A DNA stretch of 64,000 nucleotides from NCBI GenBank assembly GCA_048885865.1, contig JBHLLF010000013.1:1-64000 (forward strand), written 5' to 3'. Source of the stretch: Candidatus Hermodarchaeota archaeon. GTDB taxonomy: Archaea > Asgardarchaeota > Thorarchaeia > Thorarchaeales > Thorarchaeaceae. The notes below the pieces were generated by a model, which ran no database searches, was not told the DNA's origin, and saw only the letters and a list, made by a program, of their open reading frames with translations. The translations under genes and the position numbers were made by a program. Positions 1 through 9,791 of this stretch are shown in pieces; position 1 is the first letter of the stretch; each line of letters opens with the position of its first letter.

Positions 1-30
1 CTCGGTGGGGAAAGACAGCTCCAACCGCGA

Positions 31-114
31 TTCTCAAATCCGATGAAACAGGTTAGACACGGTAATCCTGGGATAGGTGCAACCAAAAGCAGCGCTTACG
101 TGCCTCTAAAGTAG
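31..114 (+). repeat. Copy 1 of uS19 (rps19p) 3'-end direct repeat; putative att-like site
   Basis: Translates to FSNPMKQVRHGNPGIGATKSSAYVPLK*, matching the conserved C-terminus of archaeal uS19/eukaryotic S15 (..EFS....V.HG.PGIGAT.SS.F.PLK). The upstream codons (LGGERQLQPR) do not match uS19, so this is not the intact gene. Confidence 0.9.
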
Positions 115-186
115 AAATACAGGCCCCTTACTCTCCGAGGGGTTCTTCATTTATCCATTTTACTTTGACCAGACCATGTGTTCATC

Positions 187-1431
187 TTACCACTTTATGT
201 CAATATATTGTGGTAAGCCTTTGAGAGGGGATGTGTCTAAGTCCTTGATTTTATTCCCTTCTAGATACAGTTCCTTAAGCTTTTTGCATTCCAGGAGAGG
301 TGAGAGATCCACTGTTGTCAGTCTGTTCTCTTTGATGGACAATTTCCGCAGAGCTTTACAACGAAACAGGGGAGTCAGGTCGATTGACCGTAGCAGGTTC
401 TTGGAGAGATTGAGATAAGTGAGCTTCTTGCATGAAGATAATGGCCAGAGGTCAATGTCTTCTAGTCTGTTACGAAATAGGAGAACTGTCTCTAGATTGG
501 GGCACTCTGCCAGGGGTGTGAGATCAACTCTCTGCAATTGGTTTCCGAGGATGTCCAACTCGGTCATATCACAATGGGCAAGAGGCGCCAGGTCTATCTC
601 TTTGAGCTTGTTGTTCGAAAGTGATAGGATGTTAAAGTTCTTACAAGATGAGAGAGGGGTAAGGTCTAGAGATTCGAGCTCATTCCGTTCGATTGATAAT
701 TCTCTCAGGCTTTTATTCTGTGACAGAGGCCCTAGATCACAGCCAGTCAATTTGTTTCTGTCAAGGCAGATCTTCTCGAGATTGGCTAGTTTCACAGTAA
801 ATCCGAGGTCTATATTTGTCAGTTCAAGACCTTGAAGAGTCAGCTTCTTGAGGGTTGTACAACTTCCTAGAGGAGCTAGACTCGTTTCCCCAAACCCGCT
901 ATAATATGCAATGAAGAGGTCTCGCAGAGACCCAAGCGATGCTATTTCCTTCAGTGAGTCGATAGAGAATGGACCCGAGTCAATGATGTTCAGTTTCTCG
1001 ATGTTTGGGGTATTGGACAGCAAATCAGAGATTCCAGTGAGTGGTGTGACACTTGAGATTTCAACATGTTTCAGATTCTCCAGTTGCTTCAATGGTGAGA
1101 AGTCAAGACCCTCTAAAGACCCCTTTTCCAGTCTGAGTTCTTCTAGAGAGGGATCCTTCAACGCTTTCTCAATGGCTTTGTAAGTTATTTCTGTTTGTTT
1201 ATTACGCTCTTCTTTCTTACGCTCTTCATCATCTCGCCATACTTCAAAGTCCGCTTCATAATGTAAATGGTCTATTGCACCTGATACTATTCTGTTTAGA
1301 TTTTGCATTACAAGGGGATGGATATTGTTTTCCTCTATCCATTTCTCACTGAATGATACAAGCGCAGAGTAGTTACTTGTCAGGTCATATAGCAATTGGT
1401 GTATTCGTTCCCAAAGCTCATCATCACTCAT
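187..1431 (-). CDS. Leucine-rich repeat protein with N-terminal helical domain
   Basis: 414 aa; repeated LxxLxLxxNxLxxIDLxPLxxC units after a ~80-aa non-LRR N-terminus. Confidence 0.92.
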   Translation of the reverse strand: MSDDELWERIHQLLYDLTSNYSALVSFSEKWIEENNIHPLVMQNLNRIVSGAIDHLHYEADFEVWRDDEERKKEERNKQTEITYKAIEKALKDPSLEELRLEKGSLEGLDFSPLKQLENLKHVEISSVTPLTGISDLLSNTPNIEKLNIIDSGPFSIDSLKEIASLGSLRDLFIAYYSGFGETSLAPLGSCTTLKKLTLQGLELTNIDLGFTVKLANLEKICLDRNKLTGCDLGPLSQNKSLRELSIERNELESLDLTPLSSCKNFNILSLSNNKLKEIDLAPLAHCDMTELDILGNQLQRVDLTPLAECPNLETVLLFRNRLEDIDLWPLSSCKKLTYLNLSKNLLRSIDLTPLFRCKALRKLSIKENRLTTVDLSPLLECKKLKELYLEGNKIKDLDTSPLKGLPQYIDIKW

Positions 1432-1446
1432 TGTTCATCCACCCTT

Positions 1447-1668
1447 TTATGCGCCAACCTTGTAATCTAGAGTATCATGTTTTCGTTTTATTTCAGCATG
1501 GATTATTCTGTATAGATTTCTAAGTTCTAGGGGAGTGATTTTTCTCTCCTTTATCCATTCCTCACTGAACAATATAATGGGGTCCTTGCTGTTATACTCA
1601 AGTAGATCCCATAGTAAACCCTCTACTCCTTCCCATAGCTCTTGTCTACTCATTTCTTCGTCATTCAT
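1447..1668 (-). CDS. Small protein homologous to the N-terminal domain of the adjacent LRR protein
   Basis: 73 aa; ELWE..LL.DL...FSE.WI....I.PL...NL.RI shared with the 187..1431 product; AGGAG upstream. Confidence 0.8.
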   Translation of the reverse strand: MNDEEMSRQELWEGVEGLLWDLLEYNSKDPIILFSEEWIKERKITPLELRNLYRIIHAEIKRKHDTLDYKVGA

Positions 1669-1870
1669 TGTCCATCATCTCCTTTTATCACGCTCAGCTT
1701 CGTTATTATACTACCACCTTTATTGAGGAACTTGTCTTTCTAAGCTCGAAGACTGCTACATCCAATTCAATTCTTTCCCTTTCTAAAAGTATAGTCCCAT
1801 GAATAGAATTCGATTCTGAAATAGGACAGTGGCATATCTTAGCACAAGACTGAACGCAGTAATCTCCCAG

Positions 1871-1954
1871 TTTTCAAATCCGATGAAACAGGTACGACAT
1901 GGCAACCCTGGTATAGGTGCAACGAAAAGCAGTGCTTACGTGCCTCTAAAATGA
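1871..1954 (+). repeat. Copy 2 of uS19 3'-end direct repeat
   Basis: Same peptide as copy 1; 12 nt differences in 84 bp, all silent (10 synonymous codons plus TAG to TGA). Confidence 0.9.
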
Positions 1955-2085
1955 TACTGGAAAAGGCGCACATTCTTCCCTTTGTCTTACGACAGCCCTT
2001 AATCATTCAAGCTTGACCACAAAACGACCCTTGGAACCGGATTCAATCATTAAAGGTTAAATGCAGTTTCAAAATAAGTCAAAAT

Positions 2086-3201
2086 GTGAAGCTGAAGAGA
2101 TACAGAACAGGGCCTCCTGACTTTGAGAGCAATCCAACCCGCATCTCTCTTGGCTCTAAGTATAGTACCATGAAGAACATTGACCAATTGAGAAACTGTC
2201 CTGCTCTCAAGGAGCTTGCTATAAACGGATATAGAGCAAATTCTGTCGATCTCGATTCATTACGTAATTGTGCTGGTCTTGAATCATTGCAGATTTCCGA
2301 TGCTCAGAACATTGAGAGTCTGGACCTCATACCGCTGTCAGTAATGACTGAGCTCAAAGAGCTCTTCTTGGTCAACATTCCTAACTTGAAATCTCTTGAT
2401 CTATCACCACTAGCAGAATGTAGGTCGCTTGAGAAACTATGGATTGCCAACAATAGTATCAAAGAACTGGATATACAACCTATACTTGAACTAGAGAATC
2501 TCGAGCATTTGGATATTGAGCAAATGCCTCTTACCAAAATAGAGGGGGACTCATGTAAGAGCTGTATTCCACTAAAGACTCTGTATCTCGACTACATGAA
2601 CAACCTACAACATCTCAGTCTTGATTTCTTGTCAAACTCTAAGCTAGAAGGAGTTGGAATACATAGAACGAGTATCACTGAACTAGATCTCAGTCCGATA
2701 TCAAATCAAACTCGTATTCAATCTATATTCCTCACTCATCATAAAATAACAGATATTGACCTGTTTCCTCTTGCTGGCTTTTCTGAATTGGAGGTACTTG
2801 AATTGGCTGTAAATCAGCTGTCACGTATTGATCTGACTCCCTTAGAAACATGCACGTCATTACATTCATTGTATCTACATCAAAACAACATCAAAGAGAT
2901 TGATTTAGCACCACTCTCATCGTTACGACTTGCTAATTTGTTCCTATCACATAACCCACTACGAAAAGTGGATATTACTCAGGTCATATCCCCTGAGCTG
3001 CATGTTTTGACGTTTGGACCCGACACAGTTGCAAGAGCTTCCAAAACGATGAAATCATCCACACGTTTTGGTAAAGAAATCGGTTCCACGGGCTATAAAT
3101 CTCAAGTCTTTATTCAATATTATCATGGTACAAGAAGTATTGGTAGACGTAAAGTACCTCATGAAAAAAGACGTGGTCTAGACGTGGTTGAATGGTACTG
3201 A
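2086..3201 (+). CDS. Leucine-rich repeat protein
   Basis: 371 aa with LDLxPLxxCxxLxxLxL repeats; start uncertain. Confidence 0.9.
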   Translation: MKLKRYRTGPPDFESNPTRISLGSKYSTMKNIDQLRNCPALKELAINGYRANSVDLDSLRNCAGLESLQISDAQNIESLDLIPLSVMTELKELFLVNIPNLKSLDLSPLAECRSLEKLWIANNSIKELDIQPILELENLEHLDIEQMPLTKIEGDSCKSCIPLKTLYLDYMNNLQHLSLDFLSNSKLEGVGIHRTSITELDLSPISNQTRIQSIFLTHHKITDIDLFPLAGFSELEVLELAVNQLSRIDLTPLETCTSLHSLYLHQNNIKEIDLAPLSSLRLANLFLSHNPLRKVDITQVISPELHVLTFGPDTVARASKTMKSSTRFGKEIGSTGYKSQVFIQYYHGTRSIGRRKVPHEKRRGLDVVEWY

Positions 3202-3385
3202 TGGGCTCCGAGGTCTTTGGCTGCTAATTCTCTATGATGATTTTACCAGTTCGTATTGGAGTAACAATCGATTCTGGGGTTGAGAAAGTCGGAGAAGACT
3301 AGTCCTGCAAAGGTCTAGAGAGCAAATATATACAAGACCAATCAGGGGCTAATGTATTGCCTTAGAGCCTGGAGGAACATGAGGC

Positions 3386-5704
3386 ATGGTAATCACGCTG
3401 AAATATACATACCGTGATGGCACAAAGAAAGAGGTCGAGTATGATGAGGACGTTGAAGAGATTTGGGAGAATACTCAAGGGATTACGAGCATTGACCTTA
3501 AACCTCTTAGCTCATGTAAGAATTTGAAACATCTCGATCTTGGAACCAACGAATTAACAGAGATTGATTTGAGTCCCCTTAGCTCCTGTAGTAATTTGGA
3601 AGAACTTTATCTTAACACGAACGAGTTACAATCCATCGACCTTAGCCCTCTCAGTCAGTGTACCAAATTGAAGAAGCTCCTTCTCCTTGAAAACAAATTG
3701 CAGACTCTTGACCTCACTCCTCTTAGAACATGCACAGGTCTATTCAATCTAATCCTCTCTTCAAATCAGCTACAGAGCATCGATCTGTCACCTCTGAAGA
3801 ATTTCAAGGATCTGTATGAAATCAATCTATCCTCTAATCAGCTACAGAGCGTCGATCTCAAACCGCTGATGGAGTGCGATTATCTATACATACTTAATCT
3901 TGGCTCCAATCCCTTGAAGAGCATCGATTTATCACCCCTCAGCTCATGTAAGAACCTTCATGTCCTCTTTTTATACTCAACAGAGATTGAAACTGTAGAC
4001 CTTCCCAATCTCAGTGCATGCAGCTCCCTCAATCTCGATACTAACAGACTCAAAAGCATTGATCTCACACCTCTAAGCTCTTGGCAAGGTCTGAAACTTC
4101 TTAGCCTCCAAGATAATCAGCTATCATCAATTGACTTGTCACCGTTAAGTCATTGTGCGAGACTGATGTCACTCACACTCAATGGGAATCAGTTCTCATC
4201 TATCGATCTTTCACCTCTCTCCGCCTGTACAAACCTGCGTGAGCTTACTCTCGACGCCTTGGAGGACGAGGACATCGATTTGTCTCCATTACAGTCTTTC
4301 AAATATCTCGAAGTCGAAATACTGAAGCCTGAGGTCCCTCTAGAAAATAGAACCTTTCAGGTGAAAGCGTATTATTATGGAGGGCCGAGTGAGATTAGTC
4401 TTGACCAGGGGATTGAAGAGATTGATCTCAGGGGGATGTACATCGAGAGTATAGACTTGACACCTATCTGCAAAAATACTAGATTGAAAAAACTTGATCT
4501 CAGCGTGAATCAAATTAAGAAATTAGACTTGGCACCTCTCAATACCTGCCATGATCTACATGAGCTGGACATTAGCGAGAATCAGCTAAGAGCGATTGAC
4601 CTTGAACCACTCAGATTGTGTGCTAATCTGAAGACACTGAATCTCTACCAAAACCAAATATCGAACATTGATCTCGCTCCTCTCAGCGAGTGCTCCAAAT
4701 TGCAGGAGGTCAACCTTCGTGACAATCCCATACAGACAATCGACTTGAGCCCTCTCAGTTCATGCTCTGATCTAGAGGAACTTGACCTAGCTGGAGTGTC
4801 ACTCCAGGAAACAACTCTAGCCCCTCTCAGTTCCTGTGCTCAATTGAAGCACATACGCCTGCGTGATCCAAAGCTCCAAAACATCGATCTGGCCCCACTG
4901 AAGTCATGCACTAATCTTCGAAAGTTTGAAATGACCAAGTCAAAACAGCTTCAAAGTATCGACATTAAGCCCTTGAGCTATTGCACGGAACTTCAATCGT
5001 TTGCATTAGTAGAAACTCTTGTACAGGCCATTGACCTGAGTTCTTGGAGCTCTTTTACAAAATTAGAGAGACTCGAACTTTCTTATGGTCTGCTTGAATC
5101 CATAGACTTGGGTCCACTTTCTTCATGCATAGATTTGGAATTGCTCTATCTCAACAACAATCGGCTAAGGGAGTTGGATCTAGCCCCTCTCTCTCATTGT
5201 AAGAAGCTTCGGAGAGTTGAGCTGGATAATAATCAACTCCTGAACCTTGATCTATGGCCCCTTGAATCCTGTGCAGATTTGGAGAGATTTCGGCTCTTCG
5301 GCAATCAGCTTCAGAATATCGATCTTGGTCCTCTTAGCTCATGGACGTCGCTCCAGCGCCTTGACATTGGCAAAAATCAGCTTGAAGATATAGATCTAAC
5401 GCCTCTTGGTAAGTGTGAGAGTCTCAAGGAGCTCTACATTCATGGTAACAGACTCCAACGTATCGATTTGCGTCCACTTAAATCATGTACCAAGCTGGAA
5501 ACGCTCTGGCTCTCTGGAAACCAACTCCAGAAAATCGACCTTGCCCCACTAGGTTCATGCAAGAACCTGAAAGAACTCTGGTTGGGTTCCAATAAGATTC
5601 AGAGGATTGACGTGAGACCACTGCCTTCGGGAATCAAGAACCGTCGCCGGGGAGTTCAAATGGATAGTGAGGTTAAGACACGCGGAAAATACAGACGATA
5701 TTGA
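3386..5704 (+). CDS. Large leucine-rich repeat protein (two tandem LRR modules)
   Basis: 772 aa with roughly 30 22-aa LRRs; GGAGG upstream; a second cap-like segment interrupts the repeats near the middle. Confidence 0.95.
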   Translation: MVITLKYTYRDGTKKEVEYDEDVEEIWENTQGITSIDLKPLSSCKNLKHLDLGTNELTEIDLSPLSSCSNLEELYLNTNELQSIDLSPLSQCTKLKKLLLLENKLQTLDLTPLRTCTGLFNLILSSNQLQSIDLSPLKNFKDLYEINLSSNQLQSVDLKPLMECDYLYILNLGSNPLKSIDLSPLSSCKNLHVLFLYSTEIETVDLPNLSACSSLNLDTNRLKSIDLTPLSSWQGLKLLSLQDNQLSSIDLSPLSHCARLMSLTLNGNQFSSIDLSPLSACTNLRELTLDALEDEDIDLSPLQSFKYLEVEILKPEVPLENRTFQVKAYYYGGPSEISLDQGIEEIDLRGMYIESIDLTPICKNTRLKKLDLSVNQIKKLDLAPLNTCHDLHELDISENQLRAIDLEPLRLCANLKTLNLYQNQISNIDLAPLSECSKLQEVNLRDNPIQTIDLSPLSSCSDLEELDLAGVSLQETTLAPLSSCAQLKHIRLRDPKLQNIDLAPLKSCTNLRKFEMTKSKQLQSIDIKPLSYCTELQSFALVETLVQAIDLSSWSSFTKLERLELSYGLLESIDLGPLSSCIDLELLYLNNNRLRELDLAPLSHCKKLRRVELDNNQLLNLDLWPLESCADLERFRLFGNQLQNIDLGPLSSWTSLQRLDIGKNQLEDIDLTPLGKCESLKELYIHGNRLQRIDLRPLKSCTKLETLWLSGNQLQKIDLAPLGSCKNLKELWLGSNKIQRIDVRPLPSGIKNRRRGVQMDSEVKTRGKYRRY

Positions 5705-5754
5705 CACTGCTGAAACTTGTAAGGTTCCTCGACCAAAAAGGCACAAATAGCAGC

Positions 5755-5838
5755 ATCTCAAACCCTATGAAACAGGTACGACACGGCAACCCTGGGATAG
5801 GTGCAACCAAAAGCAGCGCTTATGTGCCTCTAAAGTAG
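5755..5838 (+). repeat. Copy 3 of uS19 3'-end direct repeat
   Basis: ISNPMKQVRHGNPGIGATKSSAYVPLK*; 8 differences from copy 1, 7 synonymous and 1 at the boundary codon. Confidence 0.9.
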
Positions 5839-5850
5839 GTCTAGAATATC

Positions 5851-8800
5851 CTAGCGTTCTCTTCCACGTATGAGCCTGGGATACATGAAGTAAGAAATTG
5901 CAGCTAGAAGCGCAATTAATCCGAGAATTGGAATATAGGACAGTAAATCGGGAACTGCATTTAACCGCATTACTTGAACATAAACGGTATCAGTTGCTGA
6001 ATTTCCTGAGCTATCATATGCAATAATGGTGTAATTGTAAGTACCAAAAAGAAGATCATCAACATTGATTACGATGGCGGATTCATTCCATGTTCCTGTA
6101 AGGATTCGGGTACCATTTCGATAAACTTCGAAAATACCAGGTTTAAGGTCTGCTGGGATCCAAGCTATGTTATTTCCACTTTCACCCTCTTGGTATGTGA
6201 TATCTGGTGGATGATTGATTTCTGGAGCAATAGTATCAATAATGGAAATTACTACCATGTCGTTGGACATATTTCCTGATGTATCATTTACAGTGAGAAC
6301 ATATGTGTATTCACCGAGATCCAGTCCGATGATTGTAAGAGATACATTTCCGCCGTTCCAGACTCCAGATTCGACAATTTCATTATTTCTTGTTAGTGAG
6401 TAGTTTGAGGGATGTAGATCGAAGCAGGTCCAGGAAAGGGAGAAGCTCGTATACCCAAACTCAATGTCAATGTCCTCTAGGGGAGTAATAGAGGGGACAA
6501 GGCCATCAACTATTGTGACTAAAACAGTATCAGTTGCTGAATTTGAGGCTTTATCATATACAACTAAGGTGAAATTGTACTCTCCTAAGGCAAGTCCATG
6601 AAGAGGAATGGAAATTGAATCGGTCCAGTTTCCGGATGCAACTTGAACGCCGTCTTGCAGAATCTCATATGATTCTGGATTAGTATCTGATACTAACCAA
6701 GTTACATTGGAACCAGGTTCACCTTCATCAATTTGAAAGTCTGCCAATTCGGTGATGATAGGTGCGGCTGAGTCGAGTACAGTCACTAATACTGTGTCAT
6801 TAGCAAAGTTCAGGTTCTGATCATACACAATGATAGTATAGTTATGAACACCAAATGGAAGCCCATCAATATCCATGTAGATACTCTCTGAGCTCGAATT
6901 CCAATCTCCAAATCTGCAGAGCTCGTCATTGTGATAGATTTCATAGTATGATGGATATAGATCACTTGGCGTCCATGTTAGATTGTGACCAGTTGTTCCT
7001 TCTTCATAAAACAAATCGAGAATATCATTAATAGTAGGAGGTGTGAATTTTGTTACTGTCACATTAACATAGTCTATTGCAGCATTTGATCTCTCATCGA
7101 ATACTATGATAGTGAAGTTGAAGGTTCCAATTAAGAGTCCATCAATGTTTAGAGAGATGCTTTCTGAACTTGAGTTCCACATTCCCTGTTTGATAAGGGA
7201 TGAATCTTGGAATATCCTGTAGATTGAAGGATTCCAATCACTCGGTGTCCAAGTCAGATTCTTGCCGGTTGACCCTTCTTCATAGGAGAGATTATCGATA
7301 TCGTTGATGGTGGGGGATATAGTGTCATCCATAGTCACTAATACAGTGTCCGTAGCAGAGTTTAGAGCTCGGTCATATACTGCTATTGTCACATTTTTCA
7401 CTCCGAAATCCAATAGGCTCAATGGAAAGACGATTGGACTACCATCCCAGGTATTGTCTACTTCGAGTGAGCTATTCACGAAAATCCGGTAAAAGAGCGG
7501 ATTTGCGTCGGTAGGACTCCAGATTATCTGTTCACCTGGATCTCCCTTTTCAGCTAATTTGTCAATTGGAGTATCAAGTGTCGGGCTAATTTCATCATTT
7601 GAGAACTTGGAAACAAACGCATCACCCATTCCATTGTATGTATCATCGATAGCATTCTTAACCGGGATTGAAATGGTTTTGCCACATAGATAATAATCTC
7701 CCCACGCATCCACCGCTATATCTTCGCCCGATGAAACACCAGTTCCACTCCAAAATGAACTGAACTCGAGTTGGTAGTCAGTTGTGTTTATTGATAGGAT
7801 AAATGCATCAGAATAATCCCCTCCATAGGTGTCATCGTATGGAAGATAGAGGGGAAAGTCACTTGAACATGTATAACCAGTCACATAGACTAAATCATTC
7901 TTAATATCCAAACCTCCCTGAGCAGAATCATCAGATGAGCTACCATAGTATGTACTGAATTCAAGCCCATTTCCAGTGGAATTGAGTACTGAGATAATAA
8001 TGTCACTTGCCCCGTTTAATGAACTCTGATATTCATTAAGTAGCGGATAATCATCAGAATAGGAATAGCCTACAATGTACACATTATTCGATGCATCCAG
8101 CCCAATGTCATAAGCTGCATCAAATGTATTTCCTCCTACATAGGTGCTGAAGACAAGGCCGTTACCCGTTGAGTTCAATCTACACACGAAGATGTCATTA
8201 TCCCCTCCAAAATCCGCATCATAGGGATTCTTCATGGGAAATCCTGCGCCTGCAAATCCAGTTATGTAACATGTGCTATCAGTACCTACACAAATGCCGG
8301 CCCCTATTTCATCGCCACTCCCACCAACGTAGGTGCTAAAGATTAGACTTCCAGATGGACTAAACTTGACGGCAATGACATCAACAGTTCCATTTAGGGA
8401 AGTACTCATGGCGGTTTTTGTGGGAAAGTTGCTAGACCACGTTTCTCCTGTGATAAAGATTGAATCATCCAAGCCTACGTCAAGAGCATAACCATAGTCA
8501 CGTGCCGAACCACCAAAATAGCTCGAGAAAGAAACCGCAGTTCCTGAGCCTTCTAGTTTTATGATGAACACATCCCAATCCCCACCTCTCGTATCTTGAT
8601 ATGCATTCATCAAAGGGAAGTCGTCAGATTGTGTCCGTCCTGTGATTATCACATAGCCGCTACTATCAATCTTGATTCCGTGAGGAATATCGGTTCCAGC
8701 ACCGCCAAAGTAAGTGCTGAAGAGAATGGCATCACCCCTCTCATTTAGTTTCGTAACAAAAATATCAGTCCCTGAATTCGAAGAGGAATTCAGAGCATTT

Positions 8801-9651
8801 ACTGTAGGAAAGTCATCTGATGCAGTTGTACCGGTAATATACGAACACCCTATCTCATCAACTGCAATCGATGATCCTGAGTCATCATCGGATCCTCCAA
8901 GATATGTTGAAAAAACAAGCACAGGATCAATGACGAGAATATCAGAGGAGTCATATTCATCAATGGAGAATCCATAGCAATGCTGCCTCTTAGCATCGTT
9001 TTGAAATCTGCCATTTATGAGGCCACCATTCTTCTCGTAGATTTTCCCCAAGTTGTCCTGAAATCTAAGATGAGACTCGGGAAATGTGACAAGTACTTCA
9101 GTATCTGACACAGACATCAGCGTGGTTTCTGTAGCTTGAACTCGAATTAAGGATGGATCAGCTCCAGGATGAACAAGGAATTCGTACTTTATTCCAGACT
9201 CCGAATAGTAGTATCGCAGGTCGATTTTGTGATAAATATCGAAATACCAAATCTCGTTCCAGGTGGGAATATCCGTTTCCCACCAATCCCCAATGAAATA
9301 ATTAACTATTCTGACGTTTCTTTCTCTACTTTGCGGAATTACAAAATTGGACCCTGGAAAGGTAAATGAGAATCGAGAGACTTCATTAGCAGACATCATT
9401 TGAAAAGCTATTTCCGATTTCTTGAAGCTAATCGTGTAAGTTGAATCACTGTAAGAGAAATAAAGGTCTGAATCGGATATACCTCTATAATCCACAAACC
9501 CTCCAAAAGGCAGGTTAGTGGTGGAATTGGAGTCCACATCGTGTGGTACTTCTTTTGAATAGGCATCTATGTCGCTTGCTTTGGGCAAAGATGACATAAA
9601 CGGATGAAGTAAAACAAGTAGAATGAACCCTGATACAATCCTTTTTCTCAT
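5851..9651 (-). CDS. Membrane-anchored surface protein with SBBP beta-propeller repeats and Ig-like repeats
   Basis: Signal peptide; repeated FSTY.GG...D....I.VD..G..YITG.T.S.DFP units; ~90-aa repeats ending GxYNYTIxxYDxxxNxATDTVxV; C-terminal TM helix. Confidence 0.9.
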   Translation of the reverse strand: MRKRIVSGFILLVLLHPFMSSLPKASDIDAYSKEVPHDVDSNSTTNLPFGGFVDYRGISDSDLYFSYSDSTYTISFKKSEIAFQMMSANEVSRFSFTFPGSNFVIPQSRERNVRIVNYFIGDWWETDIPTWNEIWYFDIYHKIDLRYYYSESGIKYEFLVHPGADPSLIRVQATETTLMSVSDTEVLVTFPESHLRFQDNLGKIYEKNGGLINGRFQNDAKRQHCYGFSIDEYDSSDILVIDPVLVFSTYLGGSDDDSGSSIAVDEIGCSYITGTTASDDFPTVNALNSSSNSGTDIFVTKLNERGDAILFSTYFGGAGTDIPHGIKIDSSGYVIITGRTQSDDFPLMNAYQDTRGGDWDVFIIKLEGSGTAVSFSSYFGGSARDYGYALDVGLDDSIFITGETWSSNFPTKTAMSTSLNGTVDVIAVKFSPSGSLIFSTYVGGSGDEIGAGICVGTDSTCYITGFAGAGFPMKNPYDADFGGDNDIFVCRLNSTGNGLVFSTYVGGNTFDAAYDIGLDASNNVYIVGYSYSDDYPLLNEYQSSLNGASDIIISVLNSTGNGLEFSTYYGSSSDDSAQGGLDIKNDLVYVTGYTCSSDFPLYLPYDDTYGGDYSDAFILSINTTDYQLEFSSFWSGTGVSSGEDIAVDAWGDYYLCGKTISIPVKNAIDDTYNGMGDAFVSKFSNDEISPTLDTPIDKLAEKGDPGEQIIWSPTDANPLFYRIFVNSSLEVDNTWDGSPIVFPLSLLDFGVKNVTIAVYDRALNSATDTVLVTMDDTISPTINDIDNLSYEEGSTGKNLTWTPSDWNPSIYRIFQDSSLIKQGMWNSSSESISLNIDGLLIGTFNFTIIVFDERSNAAIDYVNVTVTKFTPPTINDILDLFYEEGTTGHNLTWTPSDLYPSYYEIYHNDELCRFGDWNSSSESIYMDIDGLPFGVHNYTIIVYDQNLNFANDTVLVTVLDSAAPIITELADFQIDEGEPGSNVTWLVSDTNPESYEILQDGVQVASGNWTDSISIPLHGLALGEYNFTLVVYDKASNSATDTVLVTIVDGLVPSITPLEDIDIEFGYTSFSLSWTCFDLHPSNYSLTRNNEIVESGVWNGGNVSLTIIGLDLGEYTYVLTVNDTSGNMSNDMVVISIIDTIAPEINHPPDITYQEGESGNNIAWIPADLKPGIFEVYRNGTRILTGTWNESAIVINVDDLLFGTYNYTIIAYDSSGNSATDTVYVQVMRLNAVPDLLSYIPILGLIALLAAISYFMYPRLIRGRER

Positions 9652-9791
9652 GACTTCGCACCTATGAATAGGATTTCAATGGCCCCCACATCGAGAACGT
9701 AGACAGTCCAGACCTACAGGACAACATGAACCAATTAAATGATGCGAATAAAGACAGGGAAGATACTAAATACACTACACGAGTGTTGGCA

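Noticed and set aside
1-114. Copy 1 as the true end of the intact rps19 gene
   Set aside because: The frame is open from base 1 but reads LGGERQLQPR rather than the conserved (M)IGHYLGE that precedes FS in uS19
176-1183. Plus-strand ORFs 176..418, 419..835 and 911..1183, and the many similar overlapping ORFs elsewhere
   Set aside because: Antisense or alternate-frame shadows of well-supported genes
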